Positions 1 through 13,921 of a stretch of DNA of 64,000 nucleotides are shown piece by piece; position 1 is the stretch's first letter; each line of letters opens with the position of its first letter. The notes beneath the pieces are model-generated. The model saw only the letters and a list, made by a program, of their open reading frames with translations, ran no database searches and was not told the DNA's origin. The position numbers and the translations under genes were made by a program. This DNA comes from Chrysomallon squamiferum (lineage: Eukaryota; Animalia; Mollusca): assembly GCA_012295275.1 (NCBI GenBank), contig CM022665.1, positions 44,640,001-44,704,000 of the forward strand, read 5' to 3'.

Positions 1-70
1 TAAAACAATAATATAAAAAGCGTTAGGTACATAAATAATATAAACAAGCAAAAAATTATGGAATACTCAC

Positions 71-2479
71 CTCCCAAGAGACAACAGGTTTCCAACTGTG
101 TACAACACGGCAAATATTGTCAAACCATTATTAGCAAACAACAGAAATGTACCCTGAAACACAGTGATGTTATTCAACAGCATGTGACATTATTATGCTG
201 AGGTCAGAGGTTATGAATATATGATAACTGTTTGAAAACACTGCTATTCATTTTAAGTGTCACTTCGTAAGTCTTCTTTTATCAGTTAGCAGCATTTATG
301 TATCATTTATACACCTTTTCAGAAAAGGACAGGACAGACTCACACACAAACTGACACACACACACATATTAGGCATTAATAAAGCAGTCAAAGCCAGAAC
401 TGGAGGACTGATCCCTTAACCTAACAAACCTCAATCCTTCTTTATTTATTACCTTGTCATAGAGAGAAGAGAGCACACACACACACTCACACTCACACTC
501 ACACATGCATTAGTATTAAAGGTATCATTAAAGTTTGATTTACCTTTTCACAAGGAAGGTTGTGACTACACCATCTCTTAGTTTTAATTAACCAGTCATG
601 GGGCATTAAGCAAAAAAGAATGACTGATTCCATAATAATCTAACAAACCTACATTCTGCTTCTTCATCATGACATGAATAAATCATTAAATGACTATATT
701 ATTTCAAGACACTTTAACACATTTCAGTATTAAAGGTAATTTATTATTAAACCTTTTTTTTTTTTTTACCTTTTTTTTTTATTTAAAAATAAAAAGCAAA
801 CCATAAAACAAAAGTAATAAGAAAAAAAAATCACAGTTACTCCAAACTGTAATTAGAAAATCACCATGACAACAGATATTGTTCCAAAATAACAATCAGG
901 ATATCACACCTTTTTATGATCTTCCAGCAAGTTGTTGTAATATTACACTTCATATTAGCACTTCAAATTACAACTCTTACCAAGTAACACTCACTCATCA
1001 AACAAAATTATTAATGAAGATAAGATAGCAGAGGTAACATGCCAAATGGAAAAAAAACAGCACTAGATATAATTTCATCTGTTGTTTGTTTTGTTTTTTT
1101 AAAAAGATGAAAGCTTAATAAAAAATAAATAACATCAATCATTACCAGAGTTGACAAGATGACACCTAGAGCAAAACAGACAATAAACCCTTTTATTCTT
1201 GTCGACCAGCTTAAGGTTGTTGCATCTGAAATCTGAAAATAATAATAAAGTCAAAAGTCAGCTATTTCTGTGTTTGATATGTTGACACATAATGGGAGGT
1301 GGGGATAAGATAATTAAAAAAAGAAAAAAAAAAGAAAAAAAGAAAAAAAAAAGAAAAAAAGAAAAAAGGAAATAAATAATAATAATAATAATAAAAATTA
1401 ATATAAAAATAAATAAAGAAGGAAAAAAAATTATTATAAAAATAAATAAATTGTTGGCAAAGGGTTGTTGTAGTAGTGAAGAACAATTATTTATAAGTCA
1501 ACAAAGGGGACATACTTTGCAGACTTGAAATAATAATTAAAATTGTTCTGCATTTTATAAACATTAATGCCTCATACTTGGTAACATAATAACTAAAGCA
1601 ACGATTTTGTTTTAAAGATGTAAGTCATTTTATTCAGGTAAAAACACAGAAAAAGAAGATGGCCAAATTAAATATAGAAGTAAATGCATCCTGATCTATT
1701 GTATGCAAAGACAAAAAGAACACATTTAAGAACGTTTTAGGTGGGAGGGGTGCATGCAGTCCAAAATACAGGAGAAGCTGAAGTGAAACTAAAAGTGTGG
1801 TGATATATGATGACTTATTCAGTAAACCAGAATCATAATAGTATTACTTAAAAGTATTTCTTTTTTAAATTTAAAACAGACATTCAATACTGGAGATATA
1901 TTTTTAACAATTTTGAAAGAAGAAATTTATTTATTCATTTTTAATTATTTTAATTTTTATTTACTTTTTTTTTTAAATTTATTTATTTTTTTTATTATTA
2001 TTTTTTAACTGTGATTTGTAATCTGGATAAAATTGTTCAGAAGTATTAGAGATTATTTATAACATACAACAAGTTTCTGTTGTCATGAATGTCATATTAA
2101 ATATTATAACAATTATGTCTGAAACATGATTATCATTTCCTATAGCAGTATAGGGTATCCTAATTTCATATGGTCTGATTTTGGCAAAGCTTAGTTATAC
2201 AAATCCATTCGTCGATGTCTATATCCTGTTTCTCTAATAATTAACGAACATGCTGTACATATGTTACCAGACTTTTACACCGCAGGGGTCTTGTGTTCCT
2301 CGACAGTCCATCATATTATTAATCACTGAACAACGAAACATTGTTGCATTATTATTTTTTTTTTTGTAATCATTTGTTAACTTTTAATTTAAAACATCTC
2401 ATTTCTAATTCACCTGAGTAACAATACCCTTGTCTTCTTCGTCGTCATCTCCGCTCAGTGCCTTCTTCAGCTTATCCAT
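71..2479 (-). CDS. SFT2D2: Vesicle transport protein SFT2 (SFT2D1/2-like, Got1/Sft2 family), 5' part; exons 2414-2479, 1146-1232, 71-153; continues beyond the left edge
   Basis: Spliced translation MDKLKKALSGDDDEEDKGIVTQ / ISDATTLSWSTRIKGFIVCFALGVILSTL / GTFLLFANNGLTIFAVLYTVGNLLSLGS with GT-AG boundaries and consistent phases (0,0,2). It matches the SFT2D1/D2 N-terminus from memory (MDKLKK.LSG, LSW.TRIKGF, FAV.YT.GN). The D1 vs D2 paralogue cannot be resolved. Confidence 0.9.
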
Positions 2480-2661
2480 GATGATGATGGGGAAACAAAA
2501 TATTAATGCAAATTACATATAGTCATGTGCCTGGGAAATTCAACAATGTTATGAAAATGGCCGAGTGCAAACTGGCAGGGGGCATAACTCCGGCTTTGAG
2601 ATCGAAGTTACGCCCCACTTCTATAAAAAAACTTTTAGCAGAACTTTTTTTGAACTTATTT

Positions 2662-2709
<48 letters not shown>

Positions 2710-2848
2710 TTATATAGCTCACTGAATGTATAAATGATAAATAATGATATTCATCAAGGCATAATGAAGTTGGAGAAAACGGGCAACCATATTTAGTTAA
2801 ATATTTTAACAATTAATTTAATTATTAATTCCAAAATAATAATAATAA

Positions 2849-2892
<44 letters not shown>

Positions 2893-3861
2893 TAAAAAAT
2901 AACATCTTTAAAATATTTGACAAAATTCAAATATATTATTTCAATTTTACTAACATAGCATGTACCTATTAATGTGATATAATAAATCGGTTTTGGTTTT
3001 TTTCTCTCTCTCGTTATGAATTAAAATAACAAACAATAAAATCATCTGGATTAATGTTAGATATTTCTAAAAATAAGTAAATAAATAAATAAAAATAATA
3101 ATAATTCAAAAATTTTTTAAAATTAAAAGTTAAAACAATTAAAATTTAATAAAGGTTAGAAAGATATATCTGCATTTTGAATGACGTATTTTAAATACAG
3201 AGCGACAGGCGCTTACTTTCTAATAGAAACATAGAATATTAAATTTAGGCCTATATTATACCTTGTTTGAGTAGTAAGAAAAAATAATAATAAATAAATA
3301 AATTAAATGAATAAATAAATAAATAAATAAATAAATAACCTACAGGCATATACAACTTTTGCATTTTTGACTTAGCAATTCCCAGTGCCATGTTACTTTT
3401 TCAACATATTACGTAATGTCACGTGGTGTTTCGACGGAAGTATATCGAAGGAAGTACTAATAGATACCGTAAAAACTGTTGCAAAATAAAGCCACTGTGT
3501 GGCGAAATAACAAAAAAGAGGAAGAAGATAAAAAGTAATAATAAATAAATAAGTAAATAAAAATAATACGCAGCTGCTAAATATCATATCATAACAACAA
3601 CAATTAACAGAGCTGACTAATGTAAATACGAGGTTTCTATTAATGTAATTTATGTCACATTCGTATTGATTATTATTCCCTTTTATTATTATTATTATTT
3701 TACAATATTAATATAATACACATATAATCATAATCTACATTTTTGTCCGAATCTATTATGTTTGTTTTATCTGTTAACATTTCAGCCATTTGGTGCGCAT
3801 GCATAATGTGAACTGGGCATCCGATACTGAACAAATATGTGTCAGTATTCCAAACTGATTT

Positions 3862-3921
<60 letters not shown>

Positions 3922-5089
3922 TCTGTTAAAAACTTTAAAAATTATATTTATTATTTTTATTGTTCTGTCATGATATCATCATTATCATCATCATCATCGT
4001 CGTTACCCCTATCATATTATTATATTTAATTTTTGTTATTGAAAAAACAAAACAAGAAAAAAACAAAAAAAAAACACTTGGTAATAATATATAATACCTG
4101 CTACAGTTTACTGACATATTTTATAATAAAAAACCAAAAGATAAAAAGAAATGACCAAAAAAAAAAAAAAGAAAAGAAAGAAAAAAAAGAAAAGAAGAAG
4201 AAACAGACGAAGAAACCTTTGAGTTGATGAATATGTAAACGTTATTCTATTTTGGAAGAAGCAAATATTACAACTTGTTTGTATATTTTATACATTTTAA
4301 ATTTATAGAACAGGTTATTACCATTCTCGATTGAAAACTCTTGTTCAACTGAAAATATATATGAAGAAAAGGAAAAATAAATAAATAAATAGGGAATATA
4401 TAAAATAATAAATAAATAAAATGAAATGAAATGAAATAAAAAAAAATAAAAATAAAATAAAATGTAAGTAAACAAATAAATAAAATAATATAAATTAAAA
4501 AATTAAAATAAATAAATAAATAATATAAAAATAAATAAATAAATACCACCGCCAACAACAAAATATCAATGCTACTACTTCTACTACTACTACTACTACC
4601 AGGATTAATAATTTTGTTATATTTGTTCCTTTTTGCTGATGATGTTAATGCTATTCCTGTAAACTTTTATTGTGTGTTTATTCTGTTTAATGCTGATTGT
4701 AATAACACGTTTACATGAATTTGTATATGAGCATGTTGTTGATAATCATACTGTTCTATCATCATCAAATTCTTTATTAATAGCAAACATTTAAAGTGTC
4801 TTTTAATTGTTATTAATTAAAATTTATTCATTCATTCAGTCAATCAATAATTTACTTTTCATCTTATTATTATTTTATATTTTAAAATATTTTTCTTGGA
4901 GAGCTAATATTTGTATTATACGACATTTAACACAAATCCAGACGAGCATTGTGTCACCATATTGCGACAGCACAGAGCCGAACATTACCGAGATGCGACA
5001 CAAATCTACAAACTCTAGACGGAATGATCCGAACATATTAGCGGACATTAATTTTTTGATAATGAAGTGACGTAGTTGAAGGTCATTGG

Positions 5090-5214
5090 CGTTGTCAGTT
5101 CAGCGGAGAGAGCGACGTTTTCTTCTGGGTGTTTGTACACGTATTTGGCGTCGGTATTCTTGGAACCACAACGATTACTCAACACTGAGTAATCATTCAT
5201 ATTTCTGGTTATTC
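5090..5214 (+). other. Probable non-coding first exon of the KCTD-like gene (5' end approximate)
   Basis: CpG-rich stretch at ~4920-5350 ending in the strong donor TTC|GTAAGT at 5215. The next credible acceptor with an ATG is at 11769/11770. Linkage is inferred. Confidence 0.5.
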
Positions 5215-8200
5215 GTAAGTAAGATCTTTATTTAAAAATGTTGTAAATTGCCGTACGTTCTGGTTTGTTTACATCCGCTAGGTCAGCCTAGGAGCTCATG
5301 GCTGTGTTGACGTTTTGCAGCAGTCAGCTGGTTGGCTAGCTGCTGATTGGAGCAAAGGCTGCATATGTTTATCACTGTCAGCAAGCTGCTAAATAAAGCA
5401 GATGACAACACTCTTTTCAGGCACAGAAGACACAAAGACATCGACGTCCAACAGTTATTTCGTGTATAATTTTAGCTGTGACGGAGCTAATTAAAACTTT
5501 TAGCTTATACGAAAGCTGCCATTACAGCTTTAGCCAGCATTTGAGCAAGTAACCTAAATATGGTATGTTTTCAGTTGCCCGTTACAGGTGTTTATCGGTC
5601 TCAAATCGTGATTATTATTTGACGGCAAGTTTTCACCTAAGGCTCTTATGTGTGTATGTGGCTTTGTACATATGGATTTATGCGTTATGCATGCATATGG
5701 ATAGCTGGGTGTTGTATTGATTTGACGAAACACACGTACGTTATACGTACACGCACGTACTACGTTCATATGTATTATACAGGCCTACTTAATGCTGTTT
5801 ATGTAACTGGATATGTTTTTTGTATGCATTTTCTAATCAGGCATAAATAAGCTTGTGATAAAAAACGTTTGTAAAACAGGAATGTGTTCCATATTATTTC
5901 TTTGTGTTAATTAGTGTTGTTTTTGTGTAAATCGAACGTTGACATTCACAAACTGTTAATATATTTTATCTTTGCTTTATTACTTTTACAGTTAATATAT
6001 CATAAATATTGGCATCGTGCAGTTGTAATAAATAACTAAATGATATAAAATATTAAAATAAATTACGTTTATTAATTTCAAAGATACTATTATTTGATCT
6101 TGTTAACAGTTTCAAAAAGTTAATTTTGTTTTCTTTCTATGATTTATTGATAATATTGTAGTTTCTTTTATTTATTTTTATTTTTAAATAATTATTATTG
6201 TTACTGTTAATACAGTTTTGAAAAATGATGACAAAGCTACAAACACAAAAAAAAAAAAAAAAAAAGAAGAAGAAGAAAAAAAAAAACCCAGTTCCAAATA
6301 AATTTAAATATTTCCAAATCAAAAATTCAGATATGTTAGTACTCCACTTTGGTGTTGATTAAAATAGAATTCATATTTAGATTATCCATGCACACCTCTT
6401 TTGGGTATCAAAATTATCAAAAACTATCATTTTGTAAAAATCCATTCATTTTCTATAAAGCAAACCATTTCACTTCTGGTTAAAAATTTTAAAATTACCT
6501 TTCATTCACATAATTTCATTTATTTATTCATATATTTATTTATTATTTATATTTTGATTAATAAAGTTTCAGGTTTTTAAAAAATAATAATAATACAGAC
6601 GACTCTCAAAGTTCTGGTTTTTGAGGTTTTAAAAATGCTGAGGAGGGGAATAAATTTTATTTTATGATATAATCACTGTAAGGTAGGACTATAGTTGCAT
6701 AACAGTGATAATTTAATACTGTTAATGATAATCACAGTGCTAGTAGTAATATTAATTTAACATTAATACTTGTTTTGATAGCAGTAGCAGGAATTTAATA
6801 TTAATAATTGTATTGATAGTAGTAGTAATAATTTTTGTTTCTAATTAATGACAGCTTAATAATCTTTGGTAAGTGAATGTTTAAAATATTTGTTAGATTA
6901 TTTCAGACAAATTTTAAAAAGTTTATGTTTATTATTGTTATATAGCAAAAACTGTTAATTATTTTCATGAATTTGCATACTGCATAATGTACTTAACAAG
7001 AAATGTATATTTGGGAATAACTGCATTTTGCTGACTGATAAAAAACCTATAATATAAGACATTTTTAAAATCAATTTAAAGTATTATTATTAAAATCAGT
7101 TTAAAAAGAAATAATCAGATTAGAAATAAATAAATAAATAAATAAATAAATAAAGTGATGGTTATTGTGCTTTTAATTTTCTTATAGAAGTAATTACTTT
7201 ATAAATATTTATTATTATTATTATTTATTATGTTACTGGTAAATTCGTAGATACTGGACCATAATTATTATTAAAATTATGAAATGTTTACAAATTCAGT
7301 AGAGGATGAATTATTTCAATAAGCACTCTGTTGTTACAAGTTATTTTTGTATTAGTCATTTTGTGTTTTTCAGGAAATATTTTTTTCTCTATGACATCAT
7401 CATCATATAAATATGAATTTCATCTTTCATAGTTGATGTGCAATTATGTAATAACCATGATAAACCTGTTTACTTGCAGTAACAGAAATAGTACTAGTAT
7501 TTGTTGTTGTATTAGAGATAACAATATAATATTTTTGCTGTCAGTAGTACTAATGATAATAGCAGCTCAATTTCCTTTCTGTATATATATTTTTTCTATT
7601 TAATTTTTTTTTTTTGAAAATCATAATACTAACAGTTGTAGATGTAATAATATTTTTGGCTATATTACTACTTCAACCAGTTACTACTACTACTACTGCT
7701 ACTACTTCTATTAATACCACTGCTACTACAACTACAGAGAATTAGTTACATTTTTTTAAGTTAATATTTTTACTTCAGTTTTAATTATCGATTTCTTTTT
7801 TTTCATTATAAAAAGGAAGTTTGCTATAAAAAATCAATACTCAAATATATCATACTTGTTTTTATATTGTGTGTAACTAAAAAAAAAAAAATATATATAT
7901 ATATATACACACACACAGACTGTAACTGGACAATTTTCAGCAAATTAATATAAATCTATACTTATGTTATCTGAGTAAATACTGTATGAAAATATTCAAA
8001 TCGGTTTAATCTATTGATTGTTACATGATAATAAATGAAAAATAATGTATCGGCATGAAAGTAAAAAAAATAAAACATATGGAGATAAATTTTCTAATTA
8101 TAAAATTGAAAAATAACAATAATTTAAAAAAAAAAAAGAAATAGTGTATATATATATATAAAAAACAATAACAAAAAAAAAATAACCCTGAAGCAATAAC

Positions 8201-8470
8201 AAAAGAAAAGAAATAATGCAAAAAAAAAAGAAAAGATAATGAATAATAAGAAAAATAAATAAGTAAGTAAATAAATATGTATTTAAAATATGATCCATTT
8301 GCTTCATCCTGCCATAATTTAATCTCCTTCATTAATCTTTTTTTTTCGCTCTTATTCTCATCAGAAATTTATATTAAATGGAAAAAAACAATATGATTAT
8401 ATCAAATAACATGTGGGATGCTAATAAAAAACAAAATGTCATTATTTTGCTATGAAGAATATAAATATAA

Positions 8471-8509
<39 letters not shown>

Positions 8510-8601
8510 ACATGTCAAATTCACTTAAATTTCTGTTTATATTGCGAGGTATTTTAACTGTTATTCAGTAATAATGCTGTTGTATGATTTATATTAAATT
8601 A

Positions 8602-8636
<35 letters not shown>

Positions 8637-8800
8637 TATAAAAAAGAGAGAGAAAAGAGAAAAGAAAGAACAAAAATGTAAAAAGAAGTAAACACAACAA
8701 TGGTAACAGCTTAATCTATCATTCTGACAACAGAAATATAACACACACACAGAGAAAAGATTTATGTTACAAACAACAGGTGGCAGCATGTTAACAAAAT

Positions 8801-9102
8801 AATTCTCTGCATTTGCATGTTTAATTCGATGTTGAAAACAATCCATAATAGGTACACAAAGGATATTATTAAATAAACGTCTATAAACGCAGGCATAGAA
8901 AATATATATATATATATATATATATATAGATAAATACTGATACAGTATAATATTCTCTGCATTTGCATGTTTAATTCGATGTTGAAAACAATCCATAACA
9001 GGTACACAAAGGATATTATTAAATAAACGTCTACAAACACAGGCATAGAAATATTACATATCTATATATATATATATATACAGATAAATACTGATACAGT
9101 AT
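8801..9102 (+). repeat. Tandem duplication of a ~150-bp intronic segment
   Basis: ATTCTCTGCATTTGCATGTTTAATTCGATGTTGAAAACAATCC starts at ~8802 and ~8952. Confidence 0.9.
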
Positions 9103-9444
9103 AATAATACATAAACACTCAGATACACACACACTTATGCATACACACATGTACAAAGACACAGTATTACTGTTCAGGACACACTTGATTAAGTATTTAA
9201 AATATGGCTGTTCGCTGAATATTCATGTACCTCTGACACAGCCCAGGGTAATATTAATGTCAGAGGATGAACTGGACAGAAGGATGGTTGTATTACTTTT
9301 TGCACTTCCTTAATTAGCTTTACGTAACTTTCCTGGTTTAAGGGAAATACATTTAAAACGGCCTTTATTTCTAACTGATGTAGCTGTATTAGACAAAATG
9401 TGTGGAATAGTAACAGTGGGTTTTGTCTTTCAAATTATCATTAA

Positions 9445-9481
<37 letters not shown>

Positions 9482-9499
9482 TAATAATAATGATGATAA

Positions 9500-9546
<47 letters not shown>

Positions 9547-11097
9547 TAATAATAATTACATGTGGATATCAAAATGTTTTCAACTAGTAAAAAAATTGAC
9601 GGTTTGATCACTTTCCCACAGTGGCTGATTAATTGTAATTTTATTTTTTTATTTTTTTTAAATGTTAATATTTACATGAGTATGTTTGTGTGTGCATGCA
9701 TGTGTGTGTTAGTTTATACAGTAAAACATGAAATTAATTAGATTATAATATTAACACGATTCAGTATAATTTGCATTAATAATATAACATATTTATTTCT
9801 GTCATTTTGTTTTGTATAATTCATAGAGAAGAATTACAAAACTAGTGTATTTTTTATTAACAGGAAACAGGATGAATCACTAATCATTATTTTCCTAAAT
9901 CTTTTTAATTTTTATTAGCTGCATATCATACCTGCAGTCTTTCGCTAAGCCAGACCTGTATAACCCATCCTTTTAGAACATGATCTGTTAACAGTTTATC
10001 CAGGTTCTGAAAACAGCACAGCTTAAACAGTACTTAATAACTGACGTTAAAACTCGTGTAAATGAATACACCGTTCGCGATTATGTGCACGACTAACTGC
10101 CTAACAAAAATAATTTTATTTGTAAAGTATAGTCTCAAAGGATGCCCACATGCATTTATTTGATATCACATTTTTCACCTGACCTTGTCTGTTTGGAATC
10201 AATTTTGGGATGCCTTAATGTCATGATTTAACAAAAATCAAATAAATTTACACGGAAAAACAAATTAACAACATGTGTACCAGAAAAGGCACTTACACAT
10301 TCACGCTTCAGTGAACATTGTGGAGTCCACTAAACAGCCTTCATAAATAATCTAATAAATAATTACTGAGTACTGAAATGCTGATAGTATATAAAACAAG
10401 GCTGAATGAGTAATTTGCCGGCTGAATATAACAATATGCTATTCATCAAACAGGAATAAACCCTTTTGGTCTCTATTTTCAAATTTTTACTTTATTAACA
10501 GAATATACTTAGTGTCATCAAAGTCCAAGCAAAGTGAATGCACATTATACTTTTTTATTATTATTAAAGGTTATTAGGTCTCATGCACAGTTTTGTGAAA
10601 TAAGAAAACCCCATACAGCCACTATTCCTTGTATTACTCATATATAATATCATTATTGATCTTTGACATGCATAGCACAGGAAAAAAGTATAAATAACTT
10701 CGTCTGTCAGTAAACTAGACATAGAACACTAACTGAAACAGGAAACTGTATATTGCTGGTCTATGGGGGTAATAAGAAGTTTGAGTATTATTTACTCATA
10801 CAAATTGTATGCTACTCTACACTGCTTTAGAAAATCCAATAATTCATTTTGTTACTGTACACTGTTTTAGAAAATCCAATATTTCATTTTGTTACTACTG
10901 TACACCATTTTAGAAAATTTTGTAAATTATTATGTTACTGTACACAATTCACTCATTTGTTGTATTCTGTTTAGAAAATTGTTCACTGACTGACTGAAAG
11001 CTTGTGATGTATATTTTGCAAATAATTAGATCTCCACAATATGTCTAGACTTAAATGGTTTTATCTTGTAAATTATTCAGCAGCTACCAGTTAATTA

Positions 11098-11783
11098 TTT
11101 TTGCAGACATTACGACTATAAGTTGTTTTTAAGAATTCTGGTATTTCACATATTATTTATTTTTGCAGACAGTATGAGTATATATATTTATGCAGACAGT
11201 ATGAATATATGTATTTTAGCTGGCAGTATGAGTATATAAAATTTTGCAGACAGTATGAATATATATTTTTTAGCTGACAGTATGAGTATATATATTTTAG
11301 CAGTCAGTATAATTATCCATTATTTATTTTTGCAGACAGTATGATTATCTATTATTATTTTTGCAGTCAGTATTATTATCTATTATTTATTTTTGCAGAC
11401 AGTATAAGTATCTATTAATTATTTTTGCAGACAGTATGAATACATATATTTTAGCTGACAGTATGAGTATATATATTTTAGCAGACAGTATGATTATCTA
11501 TTATTTATTTTTGCAGACAGTATGATTATTATTTATTTATTTTTGCAGACAGTATGAGTATCTATTATTTATATTTGCAGACAGTATGAGTACATATTAT
11601 TTATTTTTGCAGACAGTACGAGTATATGTTATTTATTTTTGCAGACAGTATGAGTATCTATTATTTATATTTGCAGACAGTATGAGTATATGTCATTTAT
11701 TTTTGCTGACAGTATGATTATTATTTATTTAATGAAGACAGTATGAGTATAAGTTATTTATTTTTGCAGACAGTATGAGTATA
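11098..11783 (+). repeat. Minisatellite, ~22 copies of a 27-32 bp unit (TTATTTATTTTTGCAGACAGTATGAGTATCTA); the last copy is the KCTD-like acceptor plus start codon
   Basis: Repeated TTTTGCAG|ACAGTATGAGTAT read directly; the final copy continues into the ORF at 11775. Confidence 0.95.
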
Positions 11784-13890
11784 CCCATTCCGGGACCACG
11801 ACAAGTTTTTGTTTATAACCACGGTCGTCTGCACGGAGGGCCCATTTATTACGACAGACGTTTCCCCCAGCAGGCTCCCTTCGGACCTCCACACTTCAGC
11901 CACACCCATCAGGCTCCTTGGCTACAGGGCATTTCTGGTGGACCCCCGGGCCACAACCACCCTCAGTTTCAGCAGAACCTTCACATAAACATCTCCTGGA
12001 ACAACACTCCACCAGCCAGGAACCGCAACTTTAACTTTCACTTCCGGCGTCAGAACTATAACCCATTCCACGCGAGGTCGAGGATGATTGGGGGTCGGTC
12101 AGCGCCACAGCCGATGGTTGTGGACGAGGAGATGAAAGAGGCGTGTTTTCTGTGCGGCGACTATCTGCAGAACTCGGAGCAGCCTGGTGTCCATTTTTGC
12201 GACGCCCATCCAAAGGACAACTCGTCGAACAAATCGCAAAACAACAATATCAAAACTAAACTAGGTGAGCTCTCTTTTTTCTTTTTGTCTTACTAAGATG
12301 TTGAGATGTTTTTTTTTAATGATTATTATATATGTCGTCAAAAGATATTTAACTTTTTAATTTGTTCCCAAAACATTCATACATTTTCCTCAAACCCAAA
12401 GTATTAATTAAATAAGTTTTACAGGCAGGCCATATTAAATTGTCGGTAAACTTTGAATGCTGCTGAAAACTAAATTTTATGATTTGGATGTCTATTCTAC
12501 ACTGTTATACTTGTATTTTATACTTGTATTTTATACTTATATTTTATATACAAATTTTGGGGTAGTAAAGTTTGTATAAGAATCATTCTCAAGGACCCAC
12601 CAACATTCTTTTATTCCATTCTGTTTTCCAGATTCAGTACTACAGAAAATCCAAAGTGCATTGCAGAATGATTACGAAAACATGTCTGAAGGTTTGGAAA
12701 AGTTCTTCATTGAGCAAGTGAAGGAAATCACGTCGCTTCACAACGAAGTGGCCAACAGCCGCGATGAGCTGACAAAGGTTCGGTTAGAGCTGGCTTCGCG
12801 GGCTGCAGAGATCAGTGACAAGGAGAAGAAACTGAACGACTCGCAGAGCAAGCTGGACAAGGAGAGTGCTCTGCTGGCAGCTGAGAAGAAGAAGGAGAAG
12901 GAGGAGATAATGCGGCAGTGGCAACAACTGAGAGACGAGATCACCAGGATGGAGGAATTACATAACATACAAAAGGTAGGCCATTTTTTTTTTTTTTTTT
13001 TTTTTTTAAATAAGATTTATTATAGTTTCTTGGGTTTTTTTGTTTGTTTGTTATATTTAAAAAAAAAAGAAATGTTTTTTTATATTATTTGATAATTTTT
13101 TTAAAACATTTTTTTTATTGTTTTATTGGTCCAGAAATGATAAAAAGATGGTTGAAGATGGAAGGCAGTTATTTAAATAATTAAGTAAATGTAACTAGTC
13201 TGATTGATATATTTATTTTGTTTTTGTTTTTGTGAGAAATTATTTTTGGAATAGGGGTCTTTGCTAAAATATACACACTAAAAAAATAATTAAAAAATAA
13301 GAAAATGAAATGATAATGATGTCAGAAAGAATAACTATCAAAGGTTCAAGTAACTCCTCATAAATAGCAATACAAAATCCATAAATATCACTGTAAGAAC
13401 AAAAACAAAATCTGTAACAGTATCTATATATTCTTCTTTAATGAAATTATTTTTGAATTATTAAAATATCTTCTTCTTGTATATTCTTATTTTATGCCTT
13501 CCATTCTGAGAGGGCCATTATTTTTATGATTTGTGGATCTGTTGTTGTTATGCTTTTGTTGATGGTGTAAGGGGCAGTCTTCACAGTGCAGTCACTTCTT
13601 ATGGAAAATCAGCTTTACCAGATTCTCTTGACTGGTGGAAATACTTTCACAAAATTTACATATATTTTATATATGTATATTTAAAGGAAAAAAAAAAAAA
13701 AAAAAAGAAAAAGAAAAAAAAAAATAACCAAAAGAAATTTTTTTGCAAGTAAAATAAAACCACTTGTACATATAACACGGGTGACAATATTGTGCGAGTT
13801 GCTATGCAGGATTCACATTTATCCACTGACATTTCTTTCTTGGAAAAAAATTGTTCTTTTTCTGTCTGGTTACCAAGAAATGTTGGATTG

Positions 13891-13921
<31 letters not shown>

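Noticed and set aside
8589-9046. 135-aa and 94-aa minus-strand ORFs with internal duplication
   Set aside because: They reflect the 150-bp intronic duplication and (TA)n runs; no protein-like features.
11098-11783. CRISPR-like appearance of regularly spaced repeats
   Set aside because: The spacers are homologous AT-rich parts of the unit rather than unique sequences, the context is eukaryotic, and there are no cas genes.
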